Positions 24,701-36,700 of a stretch of 64,000 nucleotides of DNA are shown piece by piece (position 1 is the stretch's first letter; every line of letters starts with the position of its first letter). The position numbers and the translations under genes are program-made. Source of the DNA: Tubiluchus corallicola. Taxonomy: Eukaryota; Animalia; Priapulida. The notes beneath the pieces were generated by a model. The model made no database searches, was not told where the DNA came from, and saw only the letters and a program-made list of their open reading frames with translations. The DNA lies in the NCBI GenBank assembly GCA_030141605.1, contig JAQGDQ010000381.1:159711-223710 (forward strand). Reading direction: 5' to 3'.

Positions 24701-27700
24701 ACGGAAGTGATATAAAATTTCAAAAGATTTTTTTAGTCATTATTTATGAAGTGTGTTTTCTTGTGGTTTAGTAACTACACGAGGTTTTTTTTTTGTTTTC
24801 TATAACCGGAAATTAAACTTATTCAGCAAATACAGTAAACTGTGTATAACTCAAACAATTCAGGACCGGAAGATGTGTTTGAGTTATGCAAGGGTGCGAG
24901 TTAGACAGTGTTTGTAAGAAAACAAGATTGAGTCACTCATCAACGTCGGATAATACACTACAGCCTGTGAAAATGACAAACTGAGCTTTTAATCAAATAT
25001 CAAAACAAATAGTTTTCATGAATAATCAAAAATAGAATGACTGGTCCACCTCTATTGTAGTGTAAGTGGCATGGTTAATAGAATTCACTGTGTTCATTAA
25101 ACCACCTTGTGTTCAGCGTTCTGCTAAAGTAATACAAGAAATCTTAGCATTTTAGCTGAAACTAGCAGTTAAAATCGTAATGCGGTGCACACTTTCGTGT
25201 TCAGCGTTCTGCTAAGGTAATACAAGAAATCTTAGCATTTTTGCTGAAACAAGCAGTTAAAATCATAATGTGGTGCACACTTTCGTGTTCAGCGTTCTGC
25301 TAAGGCAATACAAGAAATCTTAGCATTTTTGCTGAAACTAGCAGTTAAAATTGTAATGCGTGCACACTTTTGTGTAACATTTTTCGCTTGAGCGGTTGTT
25401 AAAGATAGGCAGGTAATTTCAATTAGATTCTTATGGGAATTCGGTTTGAGTTACGTGATAAATGGAGCTACAAATTTTAAGTTACGTAATGTTTTTTAAA
25501 GAGAGAAATGTAATGGAAAACCAGTTCCATAAGATACGTAATAATTCGAGTTATACATAGTTAACTGTACGTTAGAAGCATCAGCTGCTAATTACCAATG
25601 TCAGCATGTTGTTTCACTATGTGTGTTTTCAAGCTGCTGGGTAAACTGTATCTCTTACTACAACTGGACACTGGGCAAGTGTAGCTGATTTTATACCGCG
25701 TTCTTCCTAGATCATGTTTCTTTATGTGCATGTAGAGACTCTGCTTAGTTGAAAACCTTGAATTACAGGCTGAAAATAAAGCATAGGTATTCACCACACC
25801 TGAATACTGATTGTACAGGGTGTTCCAGAAGAAAGAGAGCGCAAAAAATATGTTGATCAAATCATAAAGAAAATATTACGATAGACTACTGCATTATGAC
25901 ATCATAATGACATAAAAATACCATTATACTTGTAAAATACCTATTGAATAGAAGTGGCCCGTACTAGACGTTTTTGAGTCAATTAATTGACTGAGTCCAT
26001 TAATCCGTGAGTCTAATAAACGGTACCTATTGAATAGAAGTGGCCCGTACTAGACGTTTTTGAGTCAATTAATTGACTGAGTCCATTAATCCGTGAGTCT
26101 AATAAACGGTACCTATTGAATAGAAGTGGCCCGTACTAGATCGTTTTTGAGTCAATTAATTGACTGAGTCCATTAATCCGTGAGTCTAGTAAACGGTACC
26201 TATTGAATAGAAGTGGCCCGTACTAGATCGTTTTTGAGTCAATTAATTGACTGAGTCCATTAACCAGTGAGTCTAATAAACGGTACCGATTGAATAGAAG
26301 TGGCCCGTACTAGACGTTTTTGAGTCAATTAATTGACTGAGTCCATTAACCCGTGAGTCTAATAAACGGTACCTATTGAATAGAAGTGGCCCGTACTAGA
26401 CGTTTTTGAGTCAATTAATTGACTGAGTCCATTAACCCGTGAGTCTAATAAACGGTACCTATTGAATAGAAGTGGCCCGTACTAGACGTTTTTGAGTCAA
26501 TTAATTGACTGAGTCCATTAACCCGTGAGTCTAATAAACGGTACCTATTGAATAGAAGTGGCCTGTACTAGACGTTTTTGAGTCAATTAATTGACTGAGT
26601 CCATTAACCCGTGAGTCTAATAAACGGTACCTATTGAATAGAAGTGGCCCGTACTAGACGTTTTTGAGTCAATTAATTGACTGAGTCCATTAACCCGTGA
26701 GTCTAATAAATGGTACCTATTGAATAGAAGTGGCCCGTACTAGACGTTTTTGAGTCAATTAATTGACTGAGTCCATTAACCCGTGAGTCTAATAAACGGT
26801 ACCTATTGAATAGAAGTGGCCCGTACTAGACGTTTTTGAGTCAATTAATTGACTGAGTCCATTAACCCGTGAGTCTAATAAATGGTACCTATTGAATAGA
26901 AGTGGCCTGTACTAGACGTTTTTGAGTCAATTAATTGACTGAGTCCATTAACCCGTGAGTCTAATAAATGGTACCTATTGCAGTAACATTCGAGTTTCTC
27001 TAACCCAATTGTAAAGAGGATCATGAAAAAGTCGTATTTCTTTGAAACAGCACATCAGGTATGGAAACTTATGAAATGAGAAATACGTTCATTATAAAAC
27101 TTACTGATGCATTCAAAATTTCAATTAAACAGATAAGCAATTAACTAGTCAGCTAGTCAATCAACCACACTGACAAGTAAATGAACTAATGAAAAGAAAA
27201 CAAACACTCCTTCAGTCAACTAAAAAACAGATTGATCAAATGGAGCAGTTAGTCGGTCAAACGGTCAGTCACACAGTCAATTAATTAACAAGCAACCAAT
27301 GAATCAGCCAGTCAACAGATTGATCAAATAGAACAGTTAGTCGGTCAAACGGTCAGTCACACAGTCAACTAATTAACAAGCAACCAATGAATCAGCCAGT
27401 CAACAGATTGATCAAATAGAGCACTTAGTCTGTCAAACGGTCAGTCACACAGTCAACTAATTAACAAGCAACCAATGAATCAGCCAGTCAACAGATTGAT
27501 CAAATAGAGCACTTAGTCTGTCAAACGGTCAGTCACACAGTCAACTAATTAACAAGCAACCAATGAATCAGCCAGTCAACAGATTGATCAAATAGAGCAC
27601 TTAGTCTGTCAAACTGTCTGTTACACAGTCAACTAACTAACAAGCAACCAATGAATCAGCCAGTCAACAGATTGATCAAATAGAGCAGTTAGTCTGTCAA

Positions 27701-30700
27701 ACGGTCAGACACACAGTCAACTAACTAACAAGCAAAAATGAATCAGTCAGTCAACCAACCAGTAATATCAACTTCTTACTTTCAAAAGAACAAGCATATT
27801 GTTTCTCTCCCGTATGAGTATTCATATGAACCTTGAGATGGTCTGGACGCATGAATCTTTTACCGCAGCCTTGGTGTGAACAGATGAAATTTCTCTCCTG
27901 AGTGTGAGACTTCACGTGTCTTTTGAGTTTACTCGCTGTGGCAAAGGTCCATTCACATTGCTAAAAAAGTTGTTACAACTACTAGACAAATGGTTAAAAC
28001 ATTCCAGAATATGGGAATGAAATGATACACCATTTCCATGTACTAAACATACTTAAATTTATTTAACAATTTAGTTCTAAACCACATATTTTCCTCCTTT
28101 TCCGTGCAGTAACTTCAAATAACTTACGTCACAAAAGCATATCTGATATTTTGCTAGAATAACTGCTCAATTGCATATGCCGCGTTACTGAAATAAGTCA
28201 GATTTAATGTCAAAAGGCTTTTCGCAGTTCCAGCGATTGATGATGATCATGAAAAGGTCAAAGGTTAAATGTACCAGACAACGAATTTGTGTACACTTGA
28301 TAACGCCTCGCAGCTCAAGCTGTTGCAATAGTAAAGGTTTTAACAGCTAGACAGAATCTTACCTAGTTCATTTTTTGTTGTCCAAAGCAAGATCCTGCTA
28401 GTAAATCGCTCTATGTATAGAGTAATACATAATTAAGTAAAGTTCACTTAAAACAACTGAAGTTACTGAACTGATGTGGCAGACGGATTTGTTTTACGCA
28501 CATGTCATGTAACGGTTGTAAAGATGCATTTCTATGGTACACTTAACCTACAGCAACTGTGAGCACGCACAGCAAAACTGTGGAAAGACTTATGCCATGT
28601 TACTGAAATAAGTCAATATAATTATTAACTAATGTAATTTTAGTTTCTAACTTACGTCGAAAGAGCAAACGTATGGTCTTTCCCCGGTATGCTTCTTTAG
28701 ATGTTGTTTCAACCTACAAAACTTCTCAAATATTTGTCCGCAGTCTTCGAATGGACAAACTTTCGGCGCCTGACTCGTGTGGCTTTTATAATGAGAAGCC
28801 AGTGAGTTGCTGGAGTAGAAACCGCGGTTGCAATCCGGCCAGCTACACCTGGTGGGGAAAAAAACAGTCTTTATGTCTGTAAAAATTCAAATGGAAAAGA
28901 CAGCAGAAACACCTGATAGAGAGATATTAACTGTAATGATACAGCATACAAGCAAACACCAAAAAAAATCAATGACCACTGGTCACCTGGCTTACGGAAA
29001 AACAGGGTGGCTACTAGTGGCGACTCGTAGCTAAGGTTAGAGTGGGTTCTGCTTTAGAAAATGTTTACCATTGTTTTAATACTGTGTAAAACAATGTTGA
29101 ACTTCACTAGTCACAGAACTTATTTCTTTTAGATGCAAGGAAGCCATGATTAAATTATTTATATTTTCTGTAAAATTAAAGAAGCAAAACAAGCTATGAA
29201 TTAAATAGAATAGCTGGAAGCATGATCATCATCTAATTCTGCACTTTATCACATTCAAGAATTTGATACACGGTTTTTAAACATAACCACCCGAGTCAAA
29301 AATAAACACTACTTACACAACAGGGATGGTACTGTGTGAGCGACAGTACTTTCTCTACCTAGCGTGCAGCTTTTTATCAAAGACATGTGTGCATGACCGC
29401 ATGTACACAACAGGCAAACACCACGTCAGTGGAACTGTGAAGCGTACAGTTCCGTCGCGTGCTTTGGTTCCGTACAAGCATTTACGAACACAAAGAAAGA
29501 ATTAAAGAAAAGACTCATATTATTGAAAGTTATCGATAATATCGAGTGAAAATAGGGGGCGCTGCAGTTCCAAGTGCTTGCAAAGGAGCCGCCACTAATG
29601 CATACACAAAGTAAGCTATGTCACAAAAGTAAAACGTCACAAAACTAAGCTATCTCAATAAAGTAAGCCCTGTCACTAAAGTAAGCCATGTCACAAAATT
29701 AAGGTATGTTACAAAAGTGATCTATGTCACAAAAGTAAGTTGTGTCACAAAAGTAAGCTATGTCAATAAAGTAAGACCTGTCACTAAAGTAAGCCATGTC
29801 ACACAAGTAAGCCATATCACAAAAGTAAATTATGTCTAAAAAGTAAGAAATGTCACAAAAGTAAATTATGTCTAAAAAGTAAGAAATGTCACAAAAGTAA
29901 ATTATGTCTAAAAAGTAAGAAATGTCACAAACTCTCAAAAGAAAATGTCTTTACATACAAATACGGTTCCCTGACTTCCTTGTGGTCCTTTAAGTGAAGA
30001 AAAAGTTGTTTCTTGGTTGGAAACTTTTTCCTGCAAGATTCCACGGGACATTCGGCAATGCATGGCCGCCAGTGAAGTTTCTTGTGCGCATTGAGATTGT
30101 AGGCGGTGGTGAATCGTCTTGTGCAACCATCAAAATCACACTGAAAACACACAGTAGTAACTATACTGGATAGAACTACAGTCAACCTCGGATATAAGGG
30201 ACGCCTCCGGACCAGAAAAAATTGTCCCTGACATCCCTAATAGCCTACGGGTCAGTTATAGCGAAGTTGAGTCAGACCGAGGGTGTATCCAGAGCTGCGA
30301 GGTCTGTGTACCTCATCTGGTAGCCTAATGCCCAATGAAGCATTTGTTGCAACCGATCGTCTTGAACTGAACACAAAAATCGATGTTTATTCAAACTCAT
30401 CCCAATTACAAGCCATTTTACTGCTGCTAGTTATGCTAATAATGTTTATGCAAATGTTTAAGCAGAGTCTTTAGGACATTTTTACTCCGACGTAATCAGC
30501 AATTTTGCTCAGAGTTTGCTTGTTATTCATTTGTTTCCAAAAAGTCTGACATCTTTTTCTGGGTTAATCTAGATGCCCGCTGTCGAATGAGAAAAGCATC
30601 TAGCTTATCCGCTGATAATGTAGCCTCATTATGTTATCCTCTGAGGTATCGCACATAAGAAGGTAATCTCGCACTGTGGCTAAAGCCGTGGAATACAGAT

Positions 30701-33700
30701 GGGCCCGTGCGGGGTCTTCAGCATAAGCTTTTTAGGATATGAAAATTATTTGATCATAGGGTCCCTCATATGCAAGGTAATTTACCTGGGTTTCTATTAC
30801 GCGAGACCTGAAGATAACGTCCCTTATAACCGAAAGTCCCCTATATAACGTTTTAAAACGAAAATGTTACGAAAAATCGAGACCGGTGTTGGTGGTCTCT
30901 TTTAAGCGAGAACCTTACACTCGAGGTTGACTGTATTAGAATTATTTGATAACTTGCAAAGCAATCAATGGCCGGGCTCCTACTTACATATCAGACCTTC
31001 TTAAATTTTATGTCCCAAAATGATGTGATTGGGATATGTAAGTAATATCCATACAAGTGAAAAAGTTTCACACACGCACACACACACACACAATCAATAA
31101 AAATAAATAACAAAGAGTAACGGCCCATCTCACAAGAAGTTGGTATGAAGTTTACACGAACGCCATGCAGGCTAAATATTGAGGTAAAATATGTAACACC
31201 AAATTAACAACCATCACGGTTAGTCAACTTTAGAACAGGCTAGCCCCATTGTGCCCAGGTGTTAAACAAATAAGCTTCATGCTGTGTTAGGCAACTGGAA
31301 TATTCACTAGGGTAGATTTGCGCTAATAATTTTGCTCCGCGTTACTTAAAATGCTGAAAAACTGTCAAAACGTGTCAAATCACCGTGGTTATGAGTTCAA
31401 TGTATGTCCGGCATAGATGTCAGACCAATGAATAAATGTGAAAAGAAAATGGTTGCAATAAGCATTATACTCTGTTGTCCATTTTTCAAGTGCAACTTTG
31501 GTGAAAGACCCAATATTTATAACAGGCCATTTGCTACAAATGACTAAGTTCCTCCAATGTCAATTGTAGTGCTGAAAATGAGCAGACTTAATTACTAACG
31601 TGAAAATATTCTGTGTTATCATCTACTGCACACCTCTCTCACCCCCGGTACATAATGGAACAGGTAAACAGTAATTGTAAGCCACCGCAACACCTGCCTA
31701 GTAGCCTCTTTTGTAATTAGTAAATTGGTTAGTGGCCGGATTCAACCTGCAAGTCGTGCAAACTCAGTAACTGCAAGTCGTGCAAACTCAGTAACCGATC
31801 TTATAACTACACAAAAGTATGTAAATGTAACTAAGACCTAAAACAAAAAGATTGTGAACCATACAGGGTATCCTTTCTTTCTGCCATGGCTTTCCAAATG
31901 ACGTCGCAACTTGTATTGCGTCGGAAACGACCAGTCACAACTAGCGTAAGAGCACTGAAACAACCAATCACAATTAGCGCAGCATAGTGCAATAACAAGA
32001 GAAAATGAACAAGCGTTCATATTTCAAAACATAGTAATCATGGTCGAACATACGTGAAATGTATTAATGACATTTTAGATAATTCTTCCAAGTTTCTTTT
32101 GATAGAGTTTCATGCTACGATTAGCAACTCGTATCATCAATAAACAATTATGAACAACTTGTTTACATGTTTTGAAAACTTCAGTCACAATATTATAGCA
32201 ATTTATAAGAAAATAAACGACAGAAATAGGCGTATCCAGGAAGGGGCACAGCAGACACGCTCCCTATTTTTGTTACGACAAAATGATTTTAAATCAGAAT
32301 ACATCCATGATGTTCATGTGTAAAATGTGAAGAAGTCGTGTCTTCCGTGCACACCCTTGCAGTCTACTGTTGTAATGCTAAACTAGTTGAACTGAGTGAG
32401 AGTGAAGCTGACTGTCCACTTGCTCCCCGCCTCCCTCGAGGAATCTGAGTGTGAAGCTGACTGTCCATTTGCTCCCCCCGCCTCCCTCGAGGAACCTGAG
32501 AGTGAAGCTGACTGTCCACTTGCTCCCCCCGCCTCCCTCGAGGAACCTGAGTGTGAAGCTGACTGTCGATTTGCTCCCTGCCTCCCCCGGGGGAAGCTGA
32601 GAGTGAAGCTGACTGTCCATTTGCTCCCCGCCTCCCTCGAGGAAGCTGAGTGTGACTGACTGAGTGTGAAGCTGACTGTTCATTTGCTCCCCGCCTCCCT
32701 CGAGGAAGCTGAGTGTGAAGCTGACTGTCCATTTGCTCCCCGCCTCCCTCGAGGAAGCTGAGTGTGAAGCTGACTGTCCATTTGCTCCCCGCCTCCCTCG
32801 AGGAAGCTGAGTGTGAAGCTGACTGTTCATTTGCTCCCCGCCTCCCTCGAGGAAGCTGAGTGTGAAGATGACTGTCCATTTGCTCCCCGCCTCCCTCGAG
32901 GAAGCTGAGTGTGACTGACTGAGTGTGAAGCTGACTGTCCATTCAATGGAATTGTTACTTTGTTAGTTTTTGGGCAAGTTCATGAACATTCCGTGGGGGG
33001 TGAAAGAATGAAAATTTCATCTTTATTCAATTTGTAGTGCTTCTAACGTAAGTAAATTCGAATGTTCATTTCACTTCACTGTGACACTTAAAATCAATGT
33101 GGAAATAAAATATACTACAAATATGTATGAAAATATCCGAGTAACATTGTTTAAGAATCCATTGACTGAATAGAATGAGTAAAAAACTCAGTAATATAAG
33201 TTCATCTAGTTGTTTGTTTCCGAATGTAATGGGTTTGCACGGCTATTTTCTTGTCAAGTCCGGAAAAGTTCTTAACCAAAAAGCAAGAAAATAAAAAGTC
33301 GCACGACGAGACCAGCTTAGTAAAATCAGTTTTAAAACCAGCCCCTATGAATATTAGCTAGAAATCTGACTTGAATATTCATTCTCAGTAGTCAGTCTTA
33401 CCAGCAAAACTTCTAGAAATTGAAGGAATGACTGGTGTTATGGCCATGTTTATGGACTCAGATATGTTCAGATTGCAGAAAACCGGTCCCAAATTTTCGG
33501 AGGGTAGCCTGCCTTCTACCTTTGGCTTTCAAAGCACCTGCCTAATCCATTGTAGTATACCAAACACTCTAGTCTTTGACATTCTAGCACCCCTTTTCTG
33601 AAAATCATGGATCCACCTTGTCACGAATTAAACTAAGATTGCTTCTATCTGATTTCCATACACGCATTTTATCAAAATTAACCAAAAAAAACTTTTCTCA

Positions 33701-36700
33701 AAAATGAAAAATTCTGTTTACCTTATATGGTCTGTGGAAAGAGTGTGATGTGATATGAACTTTCAACTTGTTCTCTTTGCTAAATTTTTTCCCGCAGCCT
33801 TGAAATGGACAGGAATAAACCGACTTTGACTGAAATCAGGCAAAACGTACAAATTAGAAACACCAGAAACTTGAAATCCGTGTTCAATTTACACGCTTAA
33901 AGCAAAACCCAGATGATTGATTAGACTCAATCTCATTTTAATTAACTGTCCAAAATATACCCTTTCTTGCCTATAAAAATTAGTAATTGTTTAGACCTTG
34001 GAAAGTTAATGAATGGCAACTGAACGCTATCACTTACGTCACAAACTAATCGCAGTTTGGGCAATGGTAGGCATCTTCCCTGTGCGTCAAGCACGTTTGT
34101 GTAAGCAAAGATTGCTGTAAGATGCTGATGTGATGTGTCAAAAATGAGCTCTACGTCACACTGACATCACACACAAACACTGCAGTCATGATCGTGCTTA
34201 TCGCGGTACTGCGCCTATTTGTCGGCCACACGAATGTGAGAAAAAGGCGCCATTGCCAATCTTAATGGATTCGCTGAGGAACGCGTAGCTTTGAAATTTT
34301 AACGAAAATAAACCATCCAAGGTTATTATTATATAATCTAAGTTTTGATTTTAAAAAAAGCTATTGTACTATGCAATACTTTGAAGCACACTTTATTTTG
34401 AACTAATGCTTACAAAATCGTCCTGTTTTCCTTTAAGGTACAATAATTTTATTGCTAAAAATATTTTATATCATTTCTTTTATTTATTACTTTTAAAACA
34501 GCATGGAACTCTGTTACTCTGTCTACAGTTTTTATAATAAATTTTATATGGTTTAAATTGTTTCAGATGACCATAAGAAATGTAGTGACTTTCCTGCACA
34601 AAGACTTTTGGTTCATATCACAATTTTTCATGCCCTCTTTTCTTGGGGCTCATTGGTTTTTCATGAATTTTAGTTAGCTAATTAGTTCTGTACCAACTGA
34701 TTACAAGCTCCCACAGTACCTCTAAGAAGCTTATCATTAGCGGTGAGCATTCTCTATCAGAAAGCAAATTTGAACCGAATTGAATTTTTGACTTTCAAAC
34801 ACGAATGAAACTGAATTTCAACATTTCAAATCCAAATCAAATTCGAACTTAGATTTTTGAATAAATTTTCAAATCATTAACAAAAAGCAGTCTCACAAAG
34901 ATCAGGCATATTGCTTGATTCTATCCAGCAAATGCTATTATGCTGCAAATGCCTTGATTGTAAAGAACATATGTAGTTGAAGTGGCTGCAAATGGCTTGA
35001 TTGTAAAGAACATATGTAGTTGAAGTGGCTACAAATGCCATGATTGTAAAGAACATGTGTAGTTGAAGTGGCTACAAATGCCTTGATTGTAAAGAACATA
35101 TGTAGTTGAAGTGGCTGCAAATGCCTTGATTGTAAAGAACATATGTAGTTGAAGTGGCTACAAATGCCTTGATTGTAAAGAACATATGTAGTTGAAGTGG
35201 CTACAAATGCCTTGATTGTAAAGAACATATGTAGTTGAAGTGGCTACAAATGCCTTGATTGTAAAGAACATATGTAGTTGAAGTGGCTACAAATGCCTTG
35301 ATTGTAAAGAACATATGTAGTTGAAGTGGCTACAAATGCCTTGATTGTAAAGAACATATGTAGTTGAAGTGGCTGCAAATGCCTTGATTGTAAAGAACAT
35401 ATGTAGTTGAAGTGGCTACAAATGCCTTGATTGTAAAGAACATATGTAGTTGAAGTGGCTACAAATGGCTTGATTGTAAAGAACATATGTAGTTGAAGTG
35501 GCTGCAAATGCCTTGATTGTAAAGAACATATGTAGTTGAAGTGGCTACAAATGCCTTGATTGTAAAGAACATATGTAGTTGAAGTGGCTACAAATGCCTT
35601 GATTGTAAAGAACATATGTAGTTGAAGTGGCTACAAATGCCTTGATTGTAAAGAACATATGCAGTTGAAGTGGCTACAAATGTCTTGATTGTAAAGAACA
35701 TATGTAGTTGAAGTGGCTACAAATGCCTTGATTGTAAAGAACATATGTAGTTGAAGTGGCTACAAATGTCTTGATTGTAAAGAACATATGTAGTTGAAGT
35801 GGCTACAAATGCCTTGATTGTAAAGAACATATGTAGTTCAAGTGGCTACAAATGGCTTGATTGCAAAGAACATATGTAGTTGAGGTGGCTACAAATGCCT
35901 TGATTGTAAAGAACATATGTAGTTCAAGTGGCTACAAATGCCTTGATTGTAAAGAACATATGTAGTTGAAGTGGCAAATTATTCAAATCTATATTATTAG
36001 ATTCAAATTAAAAAACTACACTCACATCTCGATTTGCTAGACAAAAGCAGTGAGATGTCTGTCCGAACTTGCCGATTGTCTATATTAACCGACACTAAGT
36101 TAATACAGGAGGCGTTGTGTATTAGACTCATGGTAAAGTAGAGTGAATCGCCTAATTGTTTCAAAAACGTCTACTACGGGCTGCTACTATGCAAAGGTAT
36201 ATTAAAACTGTCGGCAATTGACTCAAACAACTCTGCATAAATGACTTTATATTTTTATACATAGAGATATACATGTGGTTAGACTGACGTAATGATGTAA
36301 ACAAAATGACGACGCACCAACTACCGGTCAGCTCCGGAAACAACGGACTGCGACAGTAGTATGTGGGACTTTGTCCGAATTTTCCAGTATCCGTAAAAGC
36401 CAGGTCCAGCCGAGATATGAGTGTAGTTTGAATCGAATCGAACATTTGATGCTCACCCCTACTTATCATAAGCAACTTCTCACTTGATTCATTATCTCTA
36501 ATACTCAAATTTTAAAAATCAGAATACCTGTCCGCCTTGACTAACGGGAATTTCCATTAAATATTTTCCATTTTCAGTCACCAGAAGTAAAGCTGCAAGT
36601 TAAATAGTGCAATTAGTAAAAATAATTAGTAAAACAAGAAGATTAACGAGTGAAGAGCTGTTATAGAAAACATTCTATAAATCTTTATGCGATTAAATCT

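Noticed and set aside
25938-26980. CRISPR-like palindromic repeat array
   Set aside because: The units are contiguous and near-identical with no unique spacers, there are no cas genes, and the context is a eukaryotic intron. The same applies to the other arrays.
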